Position numbers and translations under genes: made by a program
Shown: piece by piece, positions 1-13,438 of the stretch
Numbering within the stretch: position 1 is the stretch's first letter
Layout of the letters: each line of letters opens with the position of its first letter
Notes under the pieces: generated by a model
What the model was told of the DNA's origin: nothing
What the model saw: only the letters and a program-made list of their open reading frames with translations
Database searches by the model: none
Source: Octopus sinensis
Taxonomy: Eukaryota
Reading direction: 5' to 3'
Assembly: GCF_006345805.1 (NCBI RefSeq)
Contig: NC_042997.1
Location: 62,000,001-62,064,000, forward strand
Length of the DNA: 64,000 nucleotides

Positions 1-1597
1 CAGCTGTCTTACCAGGAATATAGCATCAGTAGTACTTTTCCCTGGCACGAACCCAAACTGCATATCATCTAAGCTAACTCTCTCTCTAATTAACTGGGCT
101 ATAACCCTCTCCGTGACCTTCATTACCTGATCCAACAGCTTGATGCCCCTGTAGTTATTTGTATCTAGGGCATCGCCTTTACCTTTGTAGCAGTTGACTA
201 TTATGCTGCTACACCAGTCATTGGGTATGACTCCTTCGTGTATCACCTGGTTAACTATACGGGTGACTATGCTATAGCCGACACTACCAGATATTTTGAG
301 CATCTCTGCAGTAATTCCTGATGGGCCTGGGGCTTTCCCTGTCTTCATGCTTCTAATTGCCTTAGCTACCACGGAACTATCAACTCGGATAGCTGGTCCC
401 TCTGTTGGGTCAACATTCGGCAGACTCTCTTTATCCCATTCATTTTCCTCATTCAGCAACCTTTCATAGTGGCGTCTCCAAGCTTCTCTCTTTGCATCCT
501 CATTTAGCGCAAGTGAACCATCCTCCATGCGAACACATTTCTCTCCTCCCACATCTCGATTCTCTCTCACACACTGTCTTGCAACACGAAATACCTCAAG
601 TCTTTCATCCTCACGGCGCAGGACATTGGCAAATTTTCTTTTATCTGCTTCCCCTCTGGCTAGATAGACCTGTCTCCTGGCTTCCCTTCTGGCAGTCTGA
701 TACACTTCCCTGCTACCACCGTTCTTCCAGGCCTTCCAAGCCTGTTTCTTTTGTCTAATAGCCCTATCAACAATATTGTTCCACCACCATGTATTTTGGG
801 TCTTAAGGGGACTTTGCACCAGCCACAGATCTGGTCAGCGGCTTTCAGCAGGTTGTCCCTCAGAAACGTCCAGTTGTCTTCTACCCCATGTGTAGCTATA
901 CCCCCTTCCACTTCGTCAAAGGCTTCAAGTAACATATCTCTAAATCTCTGTCCATTCGCAGGGTCTTTAAGCTTCCAGACCCTTCTTCTCCATGTTGGTC
1001 GTCTTCTAGTCGCCCTCTTAGTCCTGATCCTAAAGTCACTAACTACCAGTCTATGTTGTGGGGGTGCATTCTTCGCCTGGGAAGGTTTTGGCATTTATAA
1101 GCAGCCATCTTTCCCTTTTTCTGGCGAGGATGTAGTCGATTTGGCTAGTATGCCGGCCCGATCGGTAGGTGACCAGGTGGCTTGTTGGTTTCCTGAAGTT
1201 AGTGTTGCAGATCATAAGACTATTCGCATCGCAGAACTCCAGCAGCCTGGTTCCCTCCTCGTTGCGGGAACCATAACCGTAGCCTCCATGCACGCCATGG
1301 AAGCCCCCAGCATGTCGTCCAACATGCCCATTGAAATCACCAGCCACAAAGAGAAGGTCCCTGTCGTTCGTCAATGAGGTGGTCTGCAGTAGGGTGTCAT
1401 AGAAACTGTCTTTCTGTCCATCGGGTAGCCCTGGCTGAGGGGCATAGGCCGATATAATGGTTGCTAATCTATTATGAAGCACTATTCTAATCTTAAGTAT
1501 TCTGTCACTTACTCTGATTACCTCAATTACTCTATCTATCCATTTCTCAGCAATAAGTATACCCACGCCACCAACCCCGTCAGTGTTCCCTGCCCGA
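1..1597 (-). mobile_element. RTE-clade LINE, 5'-truncated, frameshifted, continues beyond window start
   Basis: Minus strand gives AP-endonuclease motifs (GVGILIAEKW, ISAYAPQ, GDFNGHVG, SQIDYIL; ORF 1051-1566). Positions 1-350 give the RT N-terminus (GKAPGPSGI...YKGKGDALDTNNYRGIKLL...QFGFVPGKSTTDAIFLVRQL). Confidence 0.95.
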
Positions 1598-1696
1598 ATA
1601 TACTATTATTTTTTTTAAATGATGATTATGAGTTGTAACGGATTTGTTTTTGTGCTACTTTGCTTGATGCTAATTGTTTTTGCTATTATTTTTCAG

Positions 1697-1731
1697 TACA
1701 TTTCTGATCTGCTTGACACTTATTACAGCAT
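1697..1731 (+). CDS. Candidate alternative exon of host kinase (YISDLLDTYYS-M; reads through to ...SMLVP* at 1744)
   Basis: Pyrimidine-rich acceptor tattatttttcag. Open in phase 0. Donor GTTAGT at 1732 is the same hexamer as the donor of exon 57878-57918. No homology support. Confidence 0.35.
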
Positions 1732-2453
1732 GTTAGTGCCTTAAAACTATTATCAATTCAGAGAGCACAGTATACAACCACAGCTGTCAGTTGTCATGCG
1801 TTTGTAGAATTTAATGCAAGCCAAATGGATTACATATAATATCATGGCTTCGTTATTTTTATAAGAACATGTTTTGTGAAAGAACCATCATATGCATATT
1901 GTATTTGTATACATTCGAGTATGTGCTTTAAAACATGCACATATGAATATGCAAAGTGGTGTTGCATAAGTTATTGATAGTCAAGGGCAGCATTTAATAC
2001 CTATATATCCTCTACATTTTCAACTAGAATTTGTTCTGCTGTTTGTAGATGCTTATCAATTTGTTTCCATTCGAACAGTTAACTTTTTTTTGTGCTGTTT
2101 CAATTTCATCCTGTGTTATAATATATATATATATATATATATATCATTCTGGATTTAAAAGAGTTGAAATCATTGTAATTTATATAGTTTTAATGTTTAA
2201 ATCAAATGTACATATGTGTGATACATCTACACACACACACACACGCATTTTAGATTATTTGTTGAATCTTTATGGAAAGTGATTTTGTAGATCATTTAAT
2301 CATCTTCGTCTGCATATACATACATACATATGTGTGTGTGTGTCTGTGTGTGCATATATATATGTAATGCACACAGAGAAACTTATCTGTTCCCTGTAAT
2401 CATGGGAAAGTAGATATTAAAATGATGATAACATATATATTTGTGTGTATGTA

Positions 2454-2512
<59 letters not shown>

Positions 2513-3728
2513 CACATATATAGTTTTTTATAATACTCTGGATACAGATGGTCTGATGTCATTTTTTCTGGTGTTTCGGCTTGTTGATTGTACTCATGAA
2601 AAACAGTATTTGACTATGAAAACAGGTGAATGAGATATGAGAAATTGAGTAAATGCATGAGGGTCAATGTCTCTTATTTATGTACTTTTTTGTCAGATTA
2701 TGTCTTATGTATACTGACTTTCAAGCTGTTATTGCTCCTCTTACATTTACAAAATTTCTTACTTTTGATAAATTTTTCTTCTTTGTTACCTGTCACTTTC
2801 ACATATCCTTTGTAACCATATTTGTTTTTGGCATGATATTGTGCTCTTGAGAATAGTCAACATGCCACCTCATGAAACTTAAGTTGCCTTTGTGTATTCT
2901 ATATATCATGGTATAACTCTTCTATGTACTAAATACATTTTATAAAGCATAGTTATTAAATTTATTCTATTGATGTCTTCTCTGTCACTACTCTTGAGTT
3001 TCCTAAAGGCAATCATTGGGACTGTCATATAAATATTCATTTAAAGAAAATGCAGAAAATTTCTAACTGGTATTGAGACAAAAATCTGTTTATTGGCTAA
3101 TTATTACAGATCATCGTATGTAACTTGCACATGAATTGAATAATACATCAGAGCCAATTTAAACATTAAAGATAAAACACACTCAAATATACTGTCTCTT
3201 TTTCTTCCAAAGTAACTCATTATATATTTTCTGAGTTATCATATCTCAAATCAATATTTGACAAATGCTACTTTCCTAAATGCATTTTATTATTCTTTTG
3301 ATATAAATTATCACCATGCTTTCAATTGCAATCCAAAGTGATATTCAAATTAGGTGATTGGTGACAAAAGTATATATACAAACTACACACTGGAACACAA
3401 ACACACACACACACGTGTGTGTGTAGTAAAAGTCAAAATTAAAGACTTTTTTGTGATGTGTTAAGATGCCATAAAGTATACTTGTAATGATGACTGTAAG
3501 TCACAGAAAGATGCAAGCTTTTGTAATGAACATATAAACTACTGAAATGTGTGTCTGAGTGTTTTGATTGGTTCCATGGCTAGGGTATCTGTTGTGCTGA
3601 AGTTAATGATGTGTAAATATGACTTTCCCTCCTCCACTTTCTCTTATTCATTCTTCTCCTCCCCTCCATTAACCCCCACAAGTGTTTAATGTACTCACCA
3701 TTTCTTTTCATTATAACTCCTTTTTCAG

Positions 3729-3755
3729 TCCCCTCGAGTGCTGAATAACGTTGAG
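3729..3755 (+). CDS. OXSR1: OSR1/SPAK-family kinase, 27-nt microexon (SPRVLNNVE)
   Basis: Branch-like tactcac, long pyrimidine tract and TTTTTCAG acceptor; consensus GAG/GTAAGT donor. Only phase 0 is open. Resembles the SPRVKES segment of vertebrate OSR1 (recalled sequence). Confidence 0.8.
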
Positions 3756-3844
3756 GTAAGTGTTCCCTGATCTGGACAACAAGTGATCCCCTTGTCAGTC
3801 AAGTCACACTGCGCTCCCTCCAGTGATTGTTCTCAGTCTTCCTA

Positions 3845-3889
<45 letters not shown>

Positions 3890-6800
3890 ATATGTCTGTG
3901 TGTATGTGTTGCTCCGTGTGTGCTTGTGGGTGTGTGTGAATGTGTATGTATGCAAGTATGTGTGTATATATGTACATATACATACATACATATACATACA
4001 TATAAACATGCACAGAGGTTAGGCACACACTTATTCATTGTCATTTTTTTCTGTCAACTTTTGTATGATGATTCTTTCCTGTTTTTCATTCTCCTTTGAT
4101 TGCTACACATGCATAGTTTTCATTTTTATGTTTATGTCTGTAGTTTATTATAATCATCATCATCATCCTCATCATCACTTCTACTACTACTACTACTACT
4201 TATTGTTTGATCACTTCAACACAATTGCTACTACTGCTATTGCTGCATAAACAAAGATTTTAAAAAAAAAGCTGCTAATAGATTTCTTTCTTTTTTTTAA
4301 TTATTATATTTTTTTTCAACCATCTAATATCTTATGTTGCTGTCATCCACTTTTAGCAGTATTAGTTCTTGAGTTTTGCAATTATTTGTTTTGTTACTTG
4401 GTTTATATTCATTATCATTGGTTATTCTATTGTGGTTTGATTATTCCTCTTCCTGTTATTCTCTTCCTCCTTCCAAAACAAACAAGAATTTAGTTTCTCA
4501 CAGGTTCAAATCTCTCTACCTACCCTGTTGGATGTTAGGACACTGTTGACATTAGAACATCCCTATCTTTGTTGTTATTGTTATTTTCATTTTTGCCATT
4601 GTATTTCAGTTCATAACTTTGCCAAAATTAGCAAATTCTAATATTCTGAGTATTTCCCATTAATCTAAATAACTTACATTATCCACGTAAATTTAGACTT
4701 GGCAATCCAGAATTCTTTATTTTCAAACCAAATTTTGTTTTAATTTTGCTCGGCTCTCTCTTTCTCTTTATCTCTGCCTATATACAATTTTGATGTCTTC
4801 CGTTACAAAATTATTTATTATAAAATTATTTGTTTGTTACTGTCACATATTTTAAAATTCACACAACCATACTATCTATTTTCTGCTTGCTTTATGAATT
4901 TTGTTTCAGATCAGCGGGTTAATTATAAAGAAATGATCTTTTTAGATGATCAATGTTATTAACAACTGACTTTTGCCTGCTTAGCTTCAGCCTTTTTTTT
5001 TTTTGGTTACTTATTTTCTGTTTTTCTTTTTTCTTTTTGGAAAAATGAACGTTTCATGTTTGTAAAACAACATTGGCTTACTTGAGTTAATTTTCAAAGA
5101 CTACTTCAATTGAATTAGGATATAATGACTAAGAACATTTTTGATTTTTTTTTTGTTTCTTTTCAAAATTTTTTCTTTTTATTTATTTTAAACAGCACAA
5201 TTTTAGTTTTTTTACTTTATTGCCTATAGATTTTTATTTCAACCCTGAATGGTCTAAAAGTAGTAAATAAAGTCGTAGCACTAGCCATTCTTCGGAGATA
5301 TGTTTTCCTTAATTTTAATTTCAGGCATTTCATATTTTGGTATTGCCATCATATTTTCTCTAAACACAATTATTGCTTTTGAATCTTTTTTATAAAGAAT
5401 TATGTTGCAATTTACTGTAGATTATTAACTGTGACCGTATGTATTTCAAGAGTCGAGATTGATGAAATAATTTTAAGTTTTGAAATGCGAACCTTCAGTG
5501 AAGCTATGATGCCTGAAGAGTGGGGAAACTTATATAATTGCTAGTCTCTCGTAACATAAACACATCAAGTCTCTTTTAAACATGGGGCATAGTGAAAGTA
5601 TTCCTTCTAGATAAACTGAGACTGAAGAGATATGTGGAAAGGCACTATTTTCAAATAATATTTTACTAGCTATTAAATCATATATATATGATGATCATGA
5701 TATATAAAATCTGTTGTGCCTTTCTCAACTTATTTTTCTTGTTATTCAGTCAATGAATGTCTGATAGATTGCTTTGTGATTATTTTTAGAAGATAGACAC
5801 AAATTTTGATAGTTTGATTCATGCTGCAGAAATTAAGTATTTTCAATCTTGTATATATGTGTCTGTAAATATTTATGTATTCATAAGTGTGTATTAACTG
5901 GATCAACATAGTTATCTTTTTCTTTCATAGTACAAGGATGTAGTGAAATTATCATGCATTTTGGCATGTGATAACAATGTCTGAAAAGTTGTTTCAGATG
6001 TGCTTTAAGAATACACATGCAAACACGTTATTATAGCAGTTGCGACAGTATTGACCACCAATAGGGAAGAGAGTGGGTCATTGGTCCTCACAAGTAGTCT
6101 GTGTAAATATCCCCATTGTGCAGCCCCTTTGTAACTAAAGAAGAGTTCACATGTTCTTTTCCCTCCAACCAGATGGACTTTCGACCTTTACAGTCATAAA
6201 GATTAGTATCTATTGTTTAGTGGTCTCCGAAATTGTGGAAACTGTGCATCTTGATAAGAGTGAGTGCAGAAACTACTACATAAACAACTTAGTATTGATG
6301 CATAAACTCCTACCAAGGTTGAAGAAATCATTACTTTAGACATTCATTATATACATGATGTAAATACATTGTAACCCTTCACACTCTTGAAAATACTTAG
6401 TAGTGTATATGTGGACTACAGATATACATGTGGGTGATGTTTGTTAATTTTGAAGGAAGAAACAAATGGAAATATGATTTAAAAAAATAAAAAAGCCAAT
6501 GTAACTCTTATTTCCCCAAAGTCTTTTGTGCTAATTTCATTAATTTCTGTCCGTGATGATGGCTATGTTTATATTTTCTCATTCCTCTCACTATTGAGTA
6601 GAAATGGTTCCTTTGCTTCATAACATAATTGCTGATTTACTTCTTAGAAAATCATCTTCTAATTAACTGGTCTATGCTCTGCTTCAATCTTTAATCATGC
6701 AATCATTTTTTTTCTCTGTTTATTTCTAGTTAGATGTTCTCTCTGTTTTGGTCTCTGTGTGTTTTTATTTATTTGTCTTTCTACCTATAATTAGTGTCCA

Positions 6801-8019
6801 TCACATTTGTTGAAAAGCGACGTAACATGATTTCAGAGGTCTACATGTTTGACAAGTGATTTAACCCGACACTGTGTTGAAACTGAAACAATTACATCAT
6901 GAAAGAGACAGCATAACAACATTAAAACACACATTTGTTTCATTTAGTAATAGTTTAATATATGCTATAAAGTGTCAACACAGATGTGGTACATTTATAA
7001 TTTACTGACCCTGTGCCTTTGCATCTATAGAATAGTACCAATGACCAAATGACAAACACATGATAGATATTTATTTTTTTTATTCATTGTAATGTATAAT
7101 ATTGCCACAAATAGTGTATGTGTGCTTTAAATATATATCATGATGTAATTGCTAACCAACCTATTATCCAATGAAAAATCTCCTGTATCTTTTAAAGCAT
7201 TTAAAGATGTACAAATATGTTGTCATTATCAACTGCTTTTAATTTATTGCACTGATGAAGTAAAATAATATCTTGTTAAAAAAACACTTCATAAATTCAA
7301 GGTAGACACATTAGTATATGAAAACTTGTTTGCAATCTTTCTGTTTATAACATTATTTGTTCAGCCTTGAACAGCAAAATGATATTGTTTAGAATTGCCT
7401 TACATATACATGTTACACATTAATTAGTTTCTGTCTGTATAAATACATGCTCCTTATTACAGAATTTTGTTTAAAAAAGAAAAATAATAATAATAATTGG
7501 CTTACTCAGAAATTATAAATCCACAATCTTTAATTTCTGACTTCATATACAAAAAAGAAAATCTATTTCACAGATTTTCCGTTGTAGCTTATCATTTGCA
7601 ACTTCTTCATTTACATATATGTACGATCCCTTGCAAATTCTACACTTGCAATATATTTCAGATAGAAATACAGTTATCTACTAATATTAAGCAATGATAC
7701 CAGATGTCACATCTTTCTGTCTCTTTTATGATACAAATCTTGAATGATCTATGCTTTACTATAGAAATAAAATATTTACCAAGGTAGTTTATCAGGGCTC
7801 CTGGTATGTAAACTGTTAAATTACACTCATTTAGTTGTTGATGAAAATGTCTTCAAGTGTTGTTTAATTTAAACTCTGGATTTCATTTTTAATTTCTTTT
7901 CACCCATATCCTACCTACTTTGTGAGTTTTTAGCTGATTTAATACTGGTTTAATGGCCCATCATTGAAAAGGCTCTTTATTTGTACATCATCCCTATTAC
8001 TGATAAAAGGTGTTTTTCA

Positions 8020-8485
8020 CTGATGGAAGATTCAGCTTTCTGTTAGAAAATATAGTTTTACTCAGCTCATAGCTGGAAGATACAATTTAACTCAGTAATG
8101 TGCAGTTCACTCCTGGAAAGTACAAGTTAATCTTTTAGTATTCAGACTATTCTGTCAAATTTTAATGCTTATTTGTTCACATGGTTTCGAACTAATCATG
8201 CATTATCTTTGAGAGTTCAATGATGTCATTATTTATTTTTAGACATTGCAGGGTAGGTATGAGAGGCTGGTTATGGCCAGTTAGAACATAGTACAAGTAG
8301 AATATTTGGGTGGGATCTGGCTAGTTTAAATGCTAAAGGTTTTAACTAAATAAGGTGCAGCTCATTGCTGGAAGGTACATTTCACCCAGTAAGTTGCAAT
8401 TCTTTGCTGGAAGCTACAGTTTATTACTGGAAGATATTGTTTTACTTAATAATGTTATTGCTGGAAAGTATAGTTTAACTTCATA
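8020..8485. repeat. Degenerate ~40-bp minisatellite interrupted by a MITE
   Basis: Recurring unit similar to gctggaagatacagtttaactcagtaatgtgcagctcatt on both sides of the MITE at 8127-8345. Confidence 0.7.
8127..8345 (+). mobile_element. piggyBac-like MITE (~230 bp), copy 1
   Basis: Family termini TTAA-CCCTTTAGCATT ... AATGCTAAAGGG-TTAA; six homologous copies in the window. Confidence 0.85.
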
Positions 8486-9108
8486 ACTACAGTGTATCTT
8501 GGTATTGAGGTGGGTACAACTGATGTATTTTGTTGGTTTAAATTCTCAGTTCAAATCCTTTCTTGAGTAACGCATAGAAAAAGATGGTGGCTTACTTGAC
8601 TGACTTGTTTTAAATATATGAAAATATTTCTTCCATTGAAATTCTTTACGGTGTCCCTCATCTATTTCTAAGGAATGTAGAAATATGAAAACTTGTATTA
8701 TTAAAAACTACACTATACCTTAACAACAATCATTAATATTTGTAAAGTAGTTTGGATGTCTTATGGTTTTGGGTCAGTCACCTGTGTGTTATGTCATATT
8801 GTTGATATGTGCCTTCCATCACAGATACTCACACTTGTGTCTGCTTCAAAGTATCTAGACAGATAGGACATTCCTTTTACTAATCCTTGTCATTACACAA
8901 TTTGTTGAATCCTAAAGTGTGTGTGAGTAGTATGTATATTTTTTTATACACACGCACATATTCATACACTATATATTTAACTAGAGCATAAAGTGTTTTG
9001 TTACATAGAAGCATTGTGTTTAGGTGGTTTTAACTGATCAGAAAGCCTAAACCATGTAGATTAAGAAAATAATTTTTCATTATTTATTTTTCATTTTCTT
9101 CTTTATAG

Positions 9109-9147
9109 CTTTTGACTGAACAAAAGGCTCTTTTAGAAGATGAATGA
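9109..9147 (+). CDS. Candidate alternative terminal exon (LLTEQKALLEDE*)
   Basis: Strong acceptor ttttcattttcttctttatag. Phase-0 frame matches the microexon donor. AATAAA at 9323 and 9378 (weak evidence in AT-rich DNA). Confidence 0.4.
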   Translation, partial: LLTEQKALLEDE

Positions 9148-9587
9148 TGCACTGAAATTCATCTGGGGCCTGAAGACCATCTGAAATATTATCTTTCTTT
9201 TGTGAATTTTCTGTACATCTTTCATTTTTGAAAATGATGTTTGTGTGGTCAAAAGCTTAATGTATTAACTGTTTTATTTAGTCTCATTGATTGGGCTTTC
9301 TAATCGATTAAAAAGCAGATATAATAAATACAACAAAAAAAATTTTTTTTTGTTTTTTTTTTGCAATATATGTCTCAAATAAACAAGTGCTAGGCATCAT
9401 ATTTAAGGTCATCTAAAGTGTTAATGATTAGGATAAGTGAATACTGATGCAGTTTCTTTTATCTATTGTTATGGATTAGTTGGACAAAAAATAAAGGGAG
9501 AGTTAATCAAGCACTGCAGCTTATTTAATTGAATTTGCCTCCAACCCCCAAATTTGTGAACTTGTGGTCTATGTTAAATGTTATTAT

Positions 9588-9826
9588 TAAGCTGGCAAAC
9601 TGGCAGAATTGTTAGCATGTTGGTTATAATGCTTAGTGGAATTTCTTCCAATTCCTTTTACCCTGAGTCCAAATTCTGCCAAAGCCAACTTTGTACTTTG
9701 TCTCTTTGGGGTTGATAAAATAAGTACCAGTTGAGTACGGGGGCAGATGTATTCAACTAACCGCCTCTCCATAAAATTGCTGGCATTGTGCCAAAATTTG
9801 AAACCATTATTAATATTATTATTATT
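9588..9826 (+). mobile_element. tRNA-derived SINE family B
   Basis: A-box-like tggcagaattgttagc, B-box-like gagtccaaattc, core ctttggggttgataaaataagtaccag, (ATT)n tail. Homologues at ~9970, 46380, 51320, 51466, 52243 and 52458. Confidence 0.75.
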
Positions 9827-9846
9827 AATTTTTCTTTTTAACTCAG

Positions 9847-9979
9847 GTTTTGTGGGAACTCCTGGCTTCTTGCATGCATAGCGGGCTTGCTGCTTGCAGC
9901 CTACGGTACCATGCTATCTGTTCTTTTCAAATATTTCTTTCCTGATTATTCTGGCCATGGCAAGGCAGGGGTTTGGTAG
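9847..9979 (+). CDS. Candidate exon encoding a hydrophobic C-terminal tail (FCGNSWLLACIAGLLLAAYGTMLSVLFKYFFPDYSGHGKAGVW*)
   Basis: Acceptor tttctttttaactcag; locally GC/CpG-enriched. The phase-2 frame holds a ~22-aa uncharged stretch and is phase-compatible with the donor at 1732. Confidence 0.35.
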
Positions 9980-12465
9980 AATTGTAAAAGCGTTGGAGAG
10001 TATGTCTTGTAGGATTTTGTAATGACTGAGTTCAAATCCTTTTGAGGTTGATAAAATAAGATGCTGGGGGTTGAAATACTCAGCTGATCCTCCTCACTCA
10101 GATTTTTTTTGTCATCATCAAGAGTTAGGGTCCACAGAATTGGTAGAGCTTTAGACCAAATCTCGTATGGTATTTAGTTGCCACATTTTCTGGCATACAA
10201 GTTGATGTAGTGTAAACCTTTAATCATTGTTGCTATCTTTCCAAATCTTGCTGTGTTTTACAAAAGTGTCTTGGTATAAACATTGATCAACCCTTTTTTC
10301 CTTTAATCTGAAAAATTTAACTTGTGTGCTGGAATATATAGCATGTCCCTTTTTGATATGTTCTAATTTCAAATCCTGCAGGGTTCAACTTTGCTTCATG
10401 GATACCTCTTTACCTGCTGGAGTCAATTCAGTCGACTGTATTGTTGCCGAAATTTCTGACTTTGTATATATTAGGAATGACTTAAATTCAATCATTTTAA
10501 AAAATTCCATTTTGTTTTGTTTATTTAGTTCATTCTGTCTCACCCAAGCTTCATATCTTTAATTATTATCTTTTTATCATTTTCTCCATCATTTTCTTAT
10601 CTTCCTTCATTCACCACCCACCTGGTCCATTGTATGTGACAGCAGCAACATAAATTTTTTTAAAGTAATTAAAGTGATTAATATAGATTCCTTCTCAGTG
10701 AGTGCATATAGGTTTTTATAATTCTGCCTTTCAATAAAGAGCTTATAACAAAGCCTTAGCCTGCTAGAAATAGTAACTAAGCATCTTCTTTAATCACACT
10801 TTTACAAAAGAGCTGACATAAGATATACACTATGTCTAACTAAAAGGTCGGATAGTCACAGCTGGAACTCTTTCCATCATAAGCCTGCTCACTCAGTGTT
10901 GATCTCTGGCTAAACATCAATACCAGTTTAGATGCATAATTCTTCTAAGGATAATAAAATGTTTGTTAAATGACAGTGAGTCCCTATTTGGTTATAAAGT
11001 TTTAACATGAAGGCAAAATGCTAAAGTGATGTATTTAGAGTAAATTAGTCACCTAGCTATGAAATTTTCCTCCTTTCATTGTTCATGAGAAACCTAAAAT
11101 TCCCTGATTGAAATTCAATCTAGAGATGAGGAGATCTTGTTATATGTATGAATATTTGTTTTTCTTTTTATTGGAGTAGCTAGAATTGTTATTGTCTCTT
11201 CCATTTGGGAGTAGTTTTTTTAGTAAATTTTCCTAAAAGTGAGTAGTATTACTTACATCTATTTCATGCCACCACCTATTTTTTTTTAAAGGACAGGAGT
11301 AACTGGGATGGGGGAGTTAATGTAATTAAAATTCAATTTCAGATTACATGTTGAGAATAATACATGAACATAATGATAGTTGCATTAAGTTGTTTTGAAG
11401 GAGAAAGCTTTGAGAAATGTCTTTAATTAGTGATTTTGCATGTAAGACTTTACATAGAATGACAGAAAGAAGAGAGATGGTTTGATAGGCTTCAACTGGA
11501 TTGATGTTTGGGTGGTTATTCTGTGAAAATTCTGAAATTCTGAGACCATTGTTGTGATTAGCAGTTGACAATGTAGTTTAAATGAGTATTGTGTCAATGT
11601 ACTCTCTTAGCCAGTCATAACAGGAAATACCACCAACAGTATATAAATTTGATAAAAACAGGAAGAGATTTAGAAGATAATGTGTGCTCTTATCTTATTT
11701 CAACTTGAATTTCAAACTAGTTGACTGTAAATGTGGCATGCAAAATGTAAATTTTATTTCAGAGTTTGTGAATAATTCAGCTAAAAGATATATGTCAATT
11801 TATATGTGAAATAAGCAAGGATTACACATCCAGACTACAGTTTCTATTTAATCAATCATTCTAGTCAACTGTACATATCAGCGGAAAGAAATATCTTTTG
11901 TTTGACTGAAAAGATGATTGAACAAAAACTATGGCTAAGATATGTTATCCCTCTTCATTTCACTCAAATTAATATGTATCAAACTATACTCATTAATATA
12001 TGTATATATATGTGTGTGTATCTATCTATATACATAGTATTTTTCTTATCAATCAGAAACCAAACTATTCAGTGACAATTGATACAGTTTAGTTGTTTTG
12101 TACTTAAAATATTGGTCAGTTAATTTACTGATATAATTTTCTATATAATTTCAAGAACTCAAAACAACTCAGAAGCAAACTTCCATAAAACTTAATCCAA
12201 TGATAGTTTGGGTTGTCATTTTTCTTGCTTATATTTTAAAATACATTTTTTTTCTTCCACATTGATAATGTATTTACACCAACATCTTTTGATGGCATGC
12301 TGAACTTTGCATTACAATGAAGTGGTTATATTTTGTTTAGCTTGTGTTATGGTTCTTGATTTGCATGAATTTCATTGTCTCTTACTGTTTTTATTGTTGT
12401 ATTGTTTTTTTTATCATCTTTTGTTAGTTTTAGAGCTTCTTGTTGTATAGATATATATTTTCCTA

Positions 12466-12505
<40 letters not shown>

Positions 12506-13210
12506 GTGTCTGTCTGTCTGTCTGTTGTATTTGTAGAGAGATTAAGCTGTTTTGTTCAGAATGGTTCCAAATGTTGACAGGTATTGGATGCAAAGATTTT
12601 AAAGCTTCTTTAGAATGGATCATTTCAAAATAGTATTTCTTTTTCTCTTTCCATATCTAACTTTTTAGCCATGTGAAACTGTCTCTGGTTCTTCAATAGT
12701 AATCACATGTTTTAAAGTGTTCATATTTGAATGTAAATGTTCTATTATGATATTAAGCAGCAATCTTTTGTTACATTCTGAAAACCAGTTTGATATGAAA
12801 AATAAATGCAACAGTTGATTATTTTGAAATGAAATCCGTTAAAGTTCTATGACTGCTTTTTTCTTTACAACTCCGTGAACAGATTAACAGAATAAGCTGT
12901 CTTCTCTTGTCTGAAGTAGATTTTCAACACTTACATTAATAAGTATTTCTTGATGCTTCTGTTTTATCAACATTCTTGTAATTTCAACAATGCAAAATAA
13001 TGTAAAATTATTTCTATTCTGTTGAGAATACGTTATTTTTTTTCTAATGTTAGAAAAATGTTATTAAAAAAAAATTAGGAGTTTAATGTATGTAGGTTTA
13101 CTATAAACTTTGAATCAAAATCTTAAGGAACACACACACATCAAGAAAATAAACCATGTAGTATAGTTAAATGCTACAACTCCTGATTAGCTCATATCGT
13201 CTACCATACT

Positions 13211-13438
13211 TTAATCCTTTAGCATTCAGATTATACTGTCAAATGCAATGATTATTTATTCACATTGTTTTGAATTTATCATGCATTATCTGGTAGCTTT
13301 GAGATTTCATTGATGTGGTTGTTTAGTTTTAGAATGATATTGTAGGGTAGATGTGAGAAGTTGGATCTGGCTGGTTTGAACATAAAATAAGTCGAGTATT
13401 TAGGCCAGATCTGGCTGGTTTAAGTGCTAAAAGGTTAA
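13211..13438 (+). mobile_element. piggyBac-like MITE, copy 2
   Basis: ttaatcctttagcattcag ... gtgctaaaaggttaa; internal sequence shared with the other copies. Confidence 0.85.

Noticed and set aside
405-1377. Plus-strand ORFs of 117 and 208 aa
   Set aside because: Antisense shadows of the RTE LINE ORF.
6553-6635. C/D-box snoRNA (GTGATGA...CTGA)
   Set aside because: No terminal stem and no recognisable rRNA guide; the motifs are expected by chance.
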